Positions 37,804 to 47,487 of a stretch of 64,000 bases of DNA are shown here, piece after piece. Where the stretch lies: assembly GCA_964470695.1 (NCBI GenBank), contig CAYYDR010000001.1:10638-74637 (forward strand), read 5' to 3'. Both the position numbers and the translations under genes were made by a program. Position 1 is the first letter of the stretch. Every line of letters begins with the position of its first letter. A model generated the notes under the pieces. That model made no database searches. It was not told where the DNA came from and saw only the letters and a list, made by a program, of their open reading frames with translations. Source of the stretch: an uncultured Gammaproteobacteria bacterium. Lineage in GTDB: Bacteria > Patescibacteriota > Patescibacteriia > Patescibacteriales > UBA12465.

Positions 37804-39279
37804 TTAGAAATCAGGGGAATTATAGGTCGGTCCGCCGCTTTTGTTCTGGCCTTTAAAAATTGCTAATAAGTCGGCGTATTTTATCCCACCCATTAAAAAT
37901 AAGGCTAGAAGATAAATAATTACGCCCACTATTAAAATCATTATTAGTCCGACCAAGGTAGTTTGATACGGCATCAATAAAAAGTAAAGAGCCGCTCCCA
38001 TTATTAAACTGCTCACCAGTGATTTGCCCAGCATTCTGAAGTTTGGTCGGAAGCCGCTATATTTATATACGCAATAGCCGGAAAAAATTGCAATCATGGT
38101 TTCACTATAAACAGTTACGCTAGCTGCCCCGAAGTAAGAGAAGCGGGGAATAAGAATAAGATAAGCGATTAGCGAGCTAAGACTAGTAAAAACATATAGG
38201 CTTATCATGCTTTTTTGGCGGTCTAGCGCAATGACGGCGTGAGAGAACATAGTACCGATAAAAATAGCGGCGACGGCAAAAATAAGTATTTGGAGAATAT
38301 ATCCGGCGCTGGTAAATTCTGGCCCGGCCACAAAAGTAAGAATAGCGCTGGCCGTACATTGGGCGCCTATTATAAGGGGAATGGCCATGATTAACATTAA
38401 ATCAAAAGATTTTTGGAGGACTTTTTTAAAGTAATCAGGATTTTTTCCTAGCCAAGCGGCGGTCATGATAGGGAGAATTAAGCCGGCAAACATAAAGGGG
38501 ATGGTAGTCAGGACGTCTATTATTCGGTAAGAGGCACCGTAGAGACCGACATCGTCAGTGGTTTTAAATAATGATAAGAGAAGAGTATCAGCTCGTAGAT
38601 AAATAAGATTTAAAACAATAGTTATCGCTAGGGGCCATGACTTAGAAATTATTTTTTTCCATAATGCCCAATCAAACTCTGGCCGGAGCGCGGCAAAGGG
38701 CCGCGATAAAATATAATGGAAGAAAAAACTGGTAGCCGCTGAAGCAACATTAGCTAGCAGGATGCCGTTTAAACCCGACTCTAAATCAATTGCTAATAGT
38801 AAACTAAGGATTAATACTAGGCGGGAGGCTATTTCAGCGATAGCGTCTCTATCCATGCTTAATTTTTTCTGAAATAGGCCGATGATAATTTGGTTAAGAG
38901 CCGGAAACAAAAAAGAAATAAGCGCAATTAGAATTCCGGATTTAATAGCCTGGTTATAAGGGAAAAGCGCCATAAGTAGTGGCGCCAAGGATAAAATTAA
39001 AACAGCGGAAATCAGACGCAAGCCGAAGAGATTATTGAGGATTTTATTTTCGTCTTTTTCTTCGCCGCTAATCATTTGCACCGTTACTAGAGTTAAACCT
39101 AAATCAGCAATGACGGCGAAGAAGGTTAAATAGGTAATGACGGTTGTGTATTCTCCAAAGCCAGCTCGGCCTAAATAGCGGGTGATAATAGCCAGAGAGA
39201 AAAGACCTAAAATCGTGGCGACGATTTTACCGGAAATTTGGATCAGAGTATTAATGGCAACTTTTTTGGCTAAGCTCAT
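37804..39279 (-). CDS. Polysaccharide flippase (Wzx/MOP family)
   Basis: Many TM helices; ITRYLGRAGFGEY, ADLGL, VGLYGASYRI. Confidence 0.85.
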   Translation of the reverse strand: MSLAKKVAINTLIQISGKIVATILGLFSLAIITRYLGRAGFGEYTTVITYLTFFAVIADLGLTLVTVQMISGEEKDENKILNNLFGLRLISAVLILSLAPLLMALFPYNQAIKSGILIALISFLFPALNQIIIGLFQKKLSMDRDAIAEIASRLVLILSLLLAIDLESGLNGILLANVASAATSFFFHYILSRPFAALRPEFDWALWKKIISKSWPLAITIVLNLIYLRADTLLLSLFKTTDDVGLYGASYRIIDVLTTIPFMFAGLILPIMTAAWLGKNPDYFKKVLQKSFDLMLIMAIPLIIGAQCTASAILTFVAGPEFTSAGYILQILIFAVAAIFIGTMFSHAVIALDRQKSMISLYVFTSLSSLIAYLILIPRFSYFGAASVTVYSETMIAIFSGYCVYKYSGFRPNFRMLGKSLVSSLIMGAALYFLLMPYQTTLVGLIMILIVGVIIYLLALFLMGGIKYADLLAIFKGQNKSGGPTYNSPDF

Positions 39280-39342
39280 TTTCTTGTGTTTCTAAGTAGA
39301 TTTTTATATAATATTAAGGTCTAATATAATTATATCATATTT

Positions 39343-39774
39343 ATGTTAATCACTAAAAAGCATTTTATATCCCTGTTTTCGCTTGTTCTGCTATTCTTAG
39401 CTTTATTTGCTTTTTGTCCGGTCCAAGCTGACAATAGCTTGATGACTAGCCAGGAGGGATTTAACAAAATCGGTACGGCTTATGGCAATAGTACCCCATT
39501 AGACATTAGAATAACAGTGGCTCGTATTATTAATGTTGTGCTCGGCTTACTAGGAGTAATTTTCGTGGTTTTAGCGATATTTGCTGGGTTTAAATATATG
39601 ACTTCGGCGGGGAGCGAAGAAAAGACTAAAGAAGCCATGGATATTCTGCGGACGGCGGTTATCGGCCTACTTATAATCTTAATGGCCTGGGCGATTACTA
39701 GATATACCATCCAGGTTATGAATAAGACTGTCAGCAACGCCGTAGACTATACGACTTATAACCCTAATTTTTAA
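39343..39774 (+). CDS. Pilin-like protein (TrbC/VirB2-like, CPR type)
   Basis: Signal peptide then IINVVLGLLGVI..IFAGFKYMTSAGSEEK..A..AVIGLLIILMAWAI. Confidence 0.75.
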   Translation: MLITKKHFISLFSLVLLFLALFAFCPVQADNSLMTSQEGFNKIGTAYGNSTPLDIRITVARIINVVLGLLGVIFVVLAIFAGFKYMTSAGSEEKTKEAMDILRTAVIGLLIILMAWAITRYTIQVMNKTVSNAVDYTTYNPNF

Positions 39775-39797
39775 TATCTGGCCGGCCTAGCTCGCCT

Positions 39798-39869
39798 TTG
39801 ACAAAAATCAGAATTGTGGTATTCTTATAGAAGAAAGCTAGTTGTTAATAACAATTAGCTTTTTCTCTT
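39798..39869 (+). promoter_or_regulatory. nusA promoter and leader hairpin
   Basis: TTGACA-16 nt-TATTCT (TG extended), then a 13-bp stem AAAGCTAGTTGTT/AACAATTAGCTTT followed by TTCTCTT. Confidence 0.55.
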
Positions 39870-39925
39870 AATAAATTAGATTTCCCTTTTATCCGGCTAT
39901 CCGGAGGGGCAATAATATTAATAAT

Positions 39926-41287
39926 ATGTCGGAAATCAGTTCGGCTATCAAGCAGCTGTGTGAAGAAAAAAATTTAGATTATAAATCGGTTATTGCGGCC
40001 GTGGAGTTAGCTCTAGCGGCAGCTTATCGCAAGGACTACGGCGAGCGTAATCAGAACATCGTGGTAAAATTTGATCCTAATCTCGGGACCTCACAGATTT
40101 TTGATGTTAAAAAAGTCGTAGAAAATCTCCCGGCTCAGGAAGAGGCGGAGATGTTACAGAACTTATATAATCCTAACCCGAAAGAATTCCATCGTGAAGA
40201 CTTACGCGGCGAAGTGGCGCCTAAAGAAGGAATTGTTGAAGAAGAAAAGAAAAAATTTAACCCTAAAACAGACATCCAGATTAAAGAGGCTGGTATTTTA
40301 AAACATGACGCTCAAGTCGGAGATGAAATATATACAGATTTGCCTATCCCAGAAAGCTATGGCCGTATGGCCGCGCAAACTGCCAAGCAGGTTATTATCC
40401 AGAAGCTGAGAGAAATGGAAAGAGATATGATTTTCGGCGAGTTTAAGAGTAAGGAAAGAGAAGTGGTTTCCGGAATTGTGCAGAGACGCGAAGGCCGTTT
40501 TGTTTTTGTTGATTTAGGTAAAGCGATTGGTCTTTTGCCAGCCGAGGAACAAATTTATAGCGAACGCTATAACCCTAATGATAGAATTAAAGTCTTTATT
40601 AAAGAAGTTAGAGAAGGCCACAAAGGTCCGGAAATAATTTTGTCCCGTCGCAGTGAGGAAATACTACGTAAAATATTTTATTTAGAAATTCCTGAAGTAG
40701 CCAACGGTTTAGTAGAAATAAAAGCCGTGGCGCGCGAAGCCGGGTCTCGCTCTAAAGTCGCTATTTATACCGAAGCCGATAATGTTGATCCAGTCGGTTC
40801 TTGTGTTGGTCAGCGCGGTTCCCGCGTCCAGACTATTATTAGCGAACTGGGTGGTGAAAAAATTGATATTATTGAATATAATGAAGACGCCGAAAAGTTT
40901 ATTGCTAACGCTTTAGCTCCGGCTAAAGTTATGTCTATTGATTTGGATAATGTTGAACATAAAGCGATTGTCAAAGTTAGCTCTGATAAATTATCTTTAG
41001 CGATTGGTAAGGCCGGGCAGAATGTCCGCCTAGCCGCCCGCTTAACTGGCTGGAAAATAGATATTATTGAAGCTTCAGAAGACGGCGAGAAAAAAGTTTT
41101 GGCGGTTGATGAGGAGAGTTTGCAGTTAACCGAAGAAAACGTCGTTATTAAAGAAGCGGTAGAAAGTGAAATAGCCGCTCAGGAAGAAGCGGTGGCAGAA
41201 GTGACGGCAGAAGGCGAAACTACTGATAAGCCAAAAGCTAAAAAAGAAGTTAAAGCTAAAAAAACTAAAAAAGCTAAAAAAGAATAA
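39926..41287 (+). CDS. nusA: Transcription termination/antitermination factor NusA
   Basis: GRMAAQTAKQVIIQK, AREAGSRSKVA, DPVGSCVGQRGSRV, SLAIGKAGQNVRLAARLTGWKIDI. Confidence 0.97.
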   Translation: MSEISSAIKQLCEEKNLDYKSVIAAVELALAAAYRKDYGERNQNIVVKFDPNLGTSQIFDVKKVVENLPAQEEAEMLQNLYNPNPKEFHREDLRGEVAPKEGIVEEEKKKFNPKTDIQIKEAGILKHDAQVGDEIYTDLPIPESYGRMAAQTAKQVIIQKLREMERDMIFGEFKSKEREVVSGIVQRREGRFVFVDLGKAIGLLPAEEQIYSERYNPNDRIKVFIKEVREGHKGPEIILSRRSEEILRKIFYLEIPEVANGLVEIKAVAREAGSRSKVAIYTEADNVDPVGSCVGQRGSRVQTIISELGGEKIDIIEYNEDAEKFIANALAPAKVMSIDLDNVEHKAIVKVSSDKLSLAIGKAGQNVRLAARLTGWKIDIIEASEDGEKKVLAVDEESLQLTEENVVIKEAVESEIAAQEEAVAEVTAEGETTDKPKAKKEVKAKKTKKAKKE

Positions 41288-41327
41288 TAAATAAATTCCC
41301 ATCGGGAAAATTATTAATTTTACATTT

Positions 41328-43337
41328 ATGCTCAGTAACCTACTCATTATCGGAAGCGCTCTCGTTGCCCTTGTTTACGGCGCGATTGTTATCGCTTCAA
41401 TCTTACGTTTACCAGAAGGTAACGACAAGATGAAAGAAATCGCTTCGGCTATTCAGGCCGGTGCTAAAGCCTTTTTAAACCGACAGTATAAATCAGTCGG
41501 TTTAGTGGCGGTTATTCTCTTCTTAATTATTGGTTTTGTGCCAGAACTAGGCTGGATGACGGCACTCGCTTTCTTAATTGGTGCGGCTTTATCGGCTTTA
41601 ACTGGTTATATCGGTATGTATGTCAGCGTGCGCGCTAATGTCCGCACGACCGAAGCGGCACGCGGCGGTTTAGCTAAAGCGCTTGATGTCGCGGTTAAGG
41701 GCGGCAGCGTTACCGGCATGTTAGTAGTTGGCTTAGCTCTCTTAGGAACTTCCGCTTTTTATTTCTTAACCGGCGATTTACATGCTTTGATTGGCTTTGC
41801 TTTCGGCGGTTCTTTAATTTCTATTTTTGCTCGTTTAGGCGGCGGTATTTATACTAAGGCCGCGGACGTCGGCGCTGATTTAGTCGGAAAAGTAGAAGCT
41901 AATATTCCGGAAGATGATCCTCGTAATCCAGCCGTTATCGCTGATAATGTCGGTGATAATGTTGGTGATTGCGCGGGCATGGCGGCGGACTTATTTGAAA
42001 CTTATTCGGTTACTTCTATTGCCGCGATGGTTTTAGGCAGTCTAAGTTTCGCGACTAATACTAATATTATTATTTACCCGTTAGTGCTAGGAGCGGTTTC
42101 TATTATTGCTTCCATTATCGGTATTTTCTTTATTCGTTTAGGCAAGAGCAATAATATCATGAACGCTTTGTATAAAGGTTTAATTGCGGCGGGTGTTTTA
42201 TCAGCCATTGCTTTCTATCCGATTACTAAATACATGATAGCGGGTGATTTAAGTATAAAAATTTATTTATCTAGTTTAATCGGTTTAGCCGTTACTGGTT
42301 TATTAGTAGTTATTACCGAGTACTATACCTCTACTAAATATAAGCCAGTTAAAGATATTGCTGAAGCCTCTAGAACCGGGAGCGGCACTAATGTTATTGC
42401 TGGTTTAGCAGTTTCTATGAAGTCTACGGCTTGGCCGGTTGTCGTTATTTGTTTAGCAATTCTTGGTGCCTTCTCTTTAGCTGGTTTATACGGCATCGCA
42501 GTTGCGGCCATGGCCATGTTATCAATGGCCGGAATTATTGTTACTATTGATGCTTATGGTCCGATTACTGATAACGCGGGCGGTATTGCGGAAATGGCTG
42601 AGCTCGGTGAAGATGTCCGTAACGTAACGGATCCGCTTGATGCGGTTGGTAATACTACTAAAGCAGTAACTAAGGGTTATGCGATTGGTTCCGCGGCTTT
42701 AGCGGCCTTAGTTCTGTTCGCTGATTTTACTTATAAGATAAAAGCCTCTGGCGGCAGCGCGCAATTCTTAATTGATAATCCTTATGTTTTAATCGGCCTA
42801 TTTATTGGCGGATTATTACCATATTTATTCGGGGCTATGGCTATGAAAGCGGTTGGCCGCGCGGCTGGTTCAGTCGTTGAAGATGTCCGCGCGCAGTTTA
42901 AAGAGAAAACTGGTATCATGAATGGTACAGAAAAACCAGACTATGGTCGCACCGTTGATATCGTAACTAAGGCGGCCATTAAAGAAATGATTATTCCAGC
43001 CCTGATTCCGGTCGTTACTCCTATCGTAGTTGGTTTTGGTTTTAATATGCTAGGCGCGGGTCGCGGTTTAGAAGCTTTAGGCGGATTATTAGTTGGCTCT
43101 ATTATTACCGGTATCTTTGTCGCTGTCTCTATGACTTCTGGTGGCGGCGCTTGGGATAATGCTAAGAAATATATTGAAGCGGGAAACTTCGGTGGCAAGG
43201 GCTCGGACGCTCATAAGGCGGCAGTTACCGGGGACACAGTCGGCGATCCTTATAAAGATACGGCTGGCCCAGCGATTAACCCGATGATTAAGGTCCTAAA
43301 TATTGTGGCCCTACTCATTGTCGGATTACTACTCTAA
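41328..43337 (+). CDS. hppA: Membrane-bound pyrophosphatase, K+-independent H+-pumping type
   Basis: [45 protein letters not shown]. Confidence 0.95.
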   Translation: MLSNLLIIGSALVALVYGAIVIASILRLPEGNDKMKEIASAIQAGAKAFLNRQYKSVGLVAVILFLIIGFVPELGWMTALAFLIGAALSALTGYIGMYVSVRANVRTTEAARGGLAKALDVAVKGGSVTGMLVVGLALLGTSAFYFLTGDLHALIGFAFGGSLISIFARLGGGIYTKAADVGADLVGKVEANIPEDDPRNPAVIADNVGDNVGDCAGMAADLFETYSVTSIAAMVLGSLSFATNTNIIIYPLVLGAVSIIASIIGIFFIRLGKSNNIMNALYKGLIAAGVLSAIAFYPITKYMIAGDLSIKIYLSSLIGLAVTGLLVVITEYYTSTKYKPVKDIAEASRTGSGTNVIAGLAVSMKSTAWPVVVICLAILGAFSLAGLYGIAVAAMAMLSMAGIIVTIDAYGPITDNAGGIAEMAELGEDVRNVTDPLDAVGNTTKAVTKGYAIGSAALAALVLFADFTYKIKASGGSAQFLIDNPYVLIGLFIGGLLPYLFGAMAMKAVGRAAGSVVEDVRAQFKEKTGIMNGTEKPDYGRTVDIVTKAAIKEMIIPALIPVVTPIVVGFGFNMLGAGRGLEALGGLLVGSIITGIFVAVSMTSGGGAWDNAKKYIEAGNFGGKGSDAHKAAVTGDTVGDPYKDTAGPAINPMIKVLNIVALLIVGLLL

Positions 43338-43354
43338 TAAAATAGTTAAGTTAC

Positions 43355-43382
43355 AAAAAATACTTCTAACGAAGTATTTTTT
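43355..43382 (+). terminator. Intrinsic terminator after hppA
   Basis: AAAAAATACTTC-TAAC-GAAGTATTTTTT. Confidence 0.75.
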
Positions 43383-43401
43383 GCTTTTAGACTAATTATT
43401 T

Positions 43402-44085
43402 ATGAAATATAATGACAATAATGTCCTGGTTAGCATTGCTGGTCGCGGTGAAAAAGTTTTGCTGGCTAAAATAAAGGAAATTAACCAGCGTAAAATTACT
43501 CGCGTCGCTTTATTTTTAACCATGGCTGATAAGACCGAGAGAAGGCATATCTATCAGGCTTTGTTAAAATCAACTATTAAAGAAATTCCTTTTGTGCATT
43601 TGCGTAATGATATTAGTGCCGCGGAAGTCGCCTGGTTAGAAAAGAATTTTCAGCCCCGCTATTATAATATTCATGAGAATGGTTTTAATTATTTGCATAA
43701 ATGGATTAGTATTAAGAAAAAAATATATTTAGAATTAGCAGGGCACGAGAAGCGCAACCCAGAAGCGAGAATAGAAAAGATAGGCGGATTCTGTGTTGAC
43801 TTAGCTCATTATAAAATGGGCGAAGTGAGACAGTCGGATCAGTTCAAATATCATTTATCAAAGAAGAAGAATAAAGCGGCTTTTGTCTGCAACCATTTAA
43901 ACGGCTATGACGCTAAGCATAATACTTGTATCCATGAAGTTAGCCGCTTGTCAGATTTTTCTTATTTAAAAGGATTGCCAAATTTTATTTTTGGCCGGCT
44001 TATCGCCTTAGAGCTAGAAAATCCTATTAAAGAGCAATTAGTCTGGCGGAAGAAATTGTTGTTAATTTTGAATAATAGGGCTTGA
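43402..44085 (+). CDS. Hypothetical protein, possible xylose-isomerase-like TIM barrel
   Basis: FVHL, YNIH, YLE, FCVDLAH, NHLNG, IALELE spaced like metal-binding TIM barrels. Confidence 0.55.
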   Translation: MKYNDNNVLVSIAGRGEKVLLAKIKEINQRKITRVALFLTMADKTERRHIYQALLKSTIKEIPFVHLRNDISAAEVAWLEKNFQPRYYNIHENGFNYLHKWISIKKKIYLELAGHEKRNPEARIEKIGGFCVDLAHYKMGEVRQSDQFKYHLSKKKNKAAFVCNHLNGYDAKHNTCIHEVSRLSDFSYLKGLPNFIFGRLIALELENPIKEQLVWRKKLLLILNNRA

Positions 44086-44164
44086 TTTGTATTGACAAAT
44101 AGTTATGATAAGTTAAAATAATTTATTAATTAATCGTTTTTTCACAACTTAATAAGGGAAAATA

Positions 44165-44641
44165 ATGAAAAGGAAGAAAGATAATTTTATTGATTCTGTG
44201 CTATTGGCAGCTAAAAAATTAGACATTGATTTAGAAAGCGGATTATACGGATGCCACCGCGGGCTAGACTGTGGTAATGTTGGCTGTTTGTATCGTGCAG
44301 TATTTTCTAAATTGCCGGTTATTGTTATAGCACAAGAGTGTACCGATACGGGATTTTTAATTAAGGCAGTCATATCTTTATTTCCAAGAAAAGGCATGTC
44401 GTCTTTAACTAAAGAGGAAAAAAAGCTGAAGACCTTCTATTTATATTTTAAAGAAGATGATTACGCTTATCTTGATCAAGATTCAAAACATTTTTTTGAA
44501 AAGTTCAAAAAGGGTAAACCGTTCTTTGAGGGCAATTGGCAGGAGGTAATGGTTAAGACGGCTGGCATTTTGCAGGGGTCTCCTAACAGCACTCCGAAAC
44601 AAGAGAAATTTATCAAGGCGATATCAGCCATAAAGCCATAA
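44165..44641 (+). CDS. Hypothetical protein
   Basis: 158 aa ORF with TTGACA promoter, AAGGGA SD and downstream terminator. Confidence 0.6.
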   Translation: MKRKKDNFIDSVLLAAKKLDIDLESGLYGCHRGLDCGNVGCLYRAVFSKLPVIVIAQECTDTGFLIKAVISLFPRKGMSSLTKEEKKLKTFYLYFKEDDYAYLDQDSKHFFEKFKKGKPFFEGNWQEVMVKTAGILQGSPNSTPKQEKFIKAISAIKP

Positions 44642-44773
44642 AAGGCGAGGGGCGGCTTTAAAGTCCGCCCTTTTTTATTTGCCTTGATTTTTCCCGAAAA
44701 AATGCTAAGATAATATTAATTAATCAATTACAAAAGCCGGCTAAAACCGGCTTCTACTAACTAAATAGCTATT

Positions 44774-46084
44774 ATGCAAGTAAGTAAAAAAGATCTGGAT
44801 AAATCACAGATAGAGCTGACGGTTGAACTGTCGGCCGAAGAACTAGCGCCTTATATTGAAAAAGGGGCGCAAAAAGTTTCTGAAGAGGTTAAAATTGAAG
44901 GCTTCCGTCCCGGCAAAGTTCCGTATGATGTTTTAAAACAGAAAATAGGGGAAATGACTATTTTGGAAGAAGCGGCTAATATCGCGATTAGAAAAACAAT
45001 TGATGAAGTGATTGAAAAAAATACTATGGAGCGCCAGGCCATTGGCCAGCCCCAGGTTAATGTTACAAAACTCGCGCCTAATAATCCTTTAGAATACAAA
45101 GTTGTTTTATCTCTTCTCCCGACAGTCGCTTTAGGAAAATATAAGGGTTTAAATATTAAAGTTGAGGAGGCTAAATTAGAGAAGGGTGAACTTGATAAGG
45201 CTATTAACGAGTTAAGAGAAATGCGTGCTCAAGAAAAAGTCGCGGATAGAGCCGCGGAAATGGGCGATAAGATTACTGTTAATATAAAAATGTTTTTGGA
45301 TAAAGTTCCGGTTGAAGACGGCGAGCATAAAGACTTGGCGATTATGTTAGGTAAGGATTATTTTGTGCCGGGCTTTGATAAAAAGTTAGTCGGCATGAAA
45401 AAAGATGAGGAAAGAAAATTTGAATTGCCTTATCCCGAGAATCATCATTTAAAAAATTTAGCCGGAAAGATGGTAGAGTTTGAGGTAATAGCTAAAGAAG
45501 TGTATAGCCGAGAACTGCCGGAATTAAATGATGAATTCGCTACTTTTTTCCGCATGAAAGATTTAGCTGAGCTCAAGAAAAATTTAGAAGAAAGTATTTT
45601 ACACGAGAGAAAGCATAAGATTGAAGCTAAGAATGAAGCAGAAATTGTCACTAAGATAATTGATGATACTAAATTCGGTGATTTGCCAGAAGTAATGGTC
45701 CAGAGCGAGCTAAAAAATATGCTAGCCGAATTAGAGCAGAGCGTCGTCCGCCAGGGAGGGAAGTTTGACGATTATTTACAGCATTTGAAAAAAGATAGAG
45801 CGGGACTCATGCTAGAAATGTCGCCTAACGCCGTTAAGCGCGTTAAGTCGGCCATGGTAGTTAGAGAAATTGCGATAGTAGAGAAAATAGCGGCAGGAGA
45901 AAAAGAAATAGCCGATAAGATAGAAGACCTTAAAAAGGAATATGCCAACAATAAGGAGGTTCTAAAAATGTTAGGAGAACATGGCTATGCCCATTATTTA
46001 CAAAACGTTTTAACTAATGAAAAAGTAATCAGTAAGCTTAAAGAATGGAATTATGCCCCAGTTAGCCCAGAACAGAAAAGCTAA
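44774..46084 (+). CDS. tig: Trigger factor
   Basis: IEGFRPGKVP ribosome-binding motif, FKBP domain (FVPGFD, LAGK.VEF). Confidence 0.96.
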   Translation: MQVSKKDLDKSQIELTVELSAEELAPYIEKGAQKVSEEVKIEGFRPGKVPYDVLKQKIGEMTILEEAANIAIRKTIDEVIEKNTMERQAIGQPQVNVTKLAPNNPLEYKVVLSLLPTVALGKYKGLNIKVEEAKLEKGELDKAINELREMRAQEKVADRAAEMGDKITVNIKMFLDKVPVEDGEHKDLAIMLGKDYFVPGFDKKLVGMKKDEERKFELPYPENHHLKNLAGKMVEFEVIAKEVYSRELPELNDEFATFFRMKDLAELKKNLEESILHERKHKIEAKNEAEIVTKIIDDTKFGDLPEVMVQSELKNMLAELEQSVVRQGGKFDDYLQHLKKDRAGLMLEMSPNAVKRVKSAMVVREIAIVEKIAAGEKEIADKIEDLKKEYANNKEVLKMLGEHGYAHYLQNVLTNEKVISKLKEWNYAPVSPEQKS

Positions 46085-46511
46085 TTTTGACTATGAGATC
46101 CTGGATAAATATGAAGCCGGGCTGGTTTTGTATGGGCACGAGGTTAAGGCGGTTAAAGCGGGCCAGGTGAGCCTTAAAGGAAGCTTTATCTCGGTTAGGA
46201 CTAAAGACGGTAAAACCGAGCTATATCTCGTAGGCTGCCAAATTTCGCCCTATAAGCAGGCCGGGCCTATGCCTGACTATAATCAGACTAGAGAACGTAA
46301 ATTATTGCTTAATCGTCGCGAAATAAGCCATCTTTTAGGGAAACGGCAAACCGAGGGCTTGACACTAATACCACTCAAAATATATACTAATCATAGTTTT
46401 CTGAAGCTGGAATTCGCGATTGCCCGCGGCAAGAAGCAATATGATAAAAGAGAGTCTATTAAGAAGCGGGAATTAGATCGGAGTTTGCGGTCTTTAACAA
46501 AGAGGAAATAG
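46053..46511 (+). CDS. smpB: SsrA-binding protein SmpB
   Basis: NRKANFDY, EAGLVL.G.EVK, RKLLL, GKKQYDKRE. Confidence 0.97.
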   Translation: MPQLAQNRKANFDYEILDKYEAGLVLYGHEVKAVKAGQVSLKGSFISVRTKDGKTELYLVGCQISPYKQAGPMPDYNQTRERKLLLNRREISHLLGKRQTEGLTLIPLKIYTNHSFLKLEFAIARGKKQYDKRESIKKRELDRSLRSLTKRK

Positions 46512-46895
46512 GGGGATGTCAGGCATCGACAGCTGGAATTCTTCTAAATATTCAAGACGCGCTTAGCTACTCGCGTTAAACTGACTAAAAAAACACAAAT
46601 GCCAAAACGGCAAGAGCTTTCACTTGGTTAACTCCAAGTTATGCTCCAGTTATGGCCTAATTAATAAGGCGATAACCATCGGACGCGGCCAGTCTTCATA
46701 ACCGTCTTCCGGTGTCATAAACATGAAGATAGATATTGACTGCTCCTTCCGGGCAATATCAAACTAATAGAAGGATCGTTTCAATCGCTTTTCGTTTGGT
46801 TTTTGATGGTTGAGGCTAAAAAATAAAATCAATCTACTCTTGTAAATGTATTTAGACGAGCCAACTGGACATGGGTTCAAATCCCATCATCTCCA
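46512..46895 (+). ncRNA. ssrA: tmRNA
   Basis: 5' GGGGATG..TCGAC pairs with 3' CATCTCC-A (G3:U70), T-arm ATGGG-TTCAAAT-CCCAT; internal tag ORF 46601-46660. Confidence 0.93.
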
Positions 46896-46911
46896 CCGAA
46901 TAATGAAATAA

Positions 46912-46995
46912 GCCGCGGTGGCGGAACTGGTAGACGCGCTGGACTTAAAATCCAGTTGTAGCGATACAGTGCGGGTTCGATTCCCGCCCGCGGCA
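46912..46995 (+). tRNA. tRNA-Leu(UAA)
   Basis: GCCGCGG/CCGCGGC acceptor, CTGGA-CT TAA AA-TCCAG, long variable arm. Confidence 0.95.
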
Positions 46996-47016
46996 CACCA
47001 GTTTTAAAAGTAAATT

Positions 47017-47088
47017 GCGGGTATCGTATAGTGGTTATTATGCGACCTTGCCAAGGTCGAGAGACGGGTTCGATTCCCGTTACCCGCT
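47017..47088 (+). tRNA. tRNA-Gly(GCC)
   Basis: GCGGGTA/TACCCGC acceptor, CGACC-TT GCC AA-GGTCG. Confidence 0.95.
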
Positions 47089-47099
47089 CACAAAACAGA
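47073..47099 (+). repeat. attL-like direct repeat (tRNA-Gly 3' end plus trailer)
   Basis: ATTCCCGTTACCCGCTCACAAAACAGA, identical to 50778-50804. Confidence 0.9.
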
Positions 47100-47417
47100 A
47101 GCAGTCCGAAAGGGCTGTTTTTGTTTTGTATTAGCAGGGATACTAACGTTAACAGGAATTAAATCCGTCATTATGTTCATCGTTAAATGATAAAGTTACT
47201 TTTTGGGAGGCTCTGACAAAAAGCGCTAAGGGTTTTGAAAAATGGTTTAATGTTTTTGTAAATGGGATTTCAATAATTGCATTTTTTATTATAACTCTCT
47301 CAATACTTTATTGTCTTGTTTATCTTTTATACAAATTAGCCCATATTTTTATATAGAAGTTCGTAAAGTTTATATATCACTAATAGAAAATAAAGCATGA
47401 ATTTGCTTTATTTTTGT

Positions 47418-47446
47418 TTGACATATTGGATGAATAATTGTAATCT
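47418..47446 (+). promoter_or_regulatory. Promoter of island genes
   Basis: TTGACA-17 nt-TAATCT with TG extension. Confidence 0.55.
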
Positions 47447-47487
47447 TGAAGTATTTAGATTAATCCTTAACCTATTAAAGGAAATAT

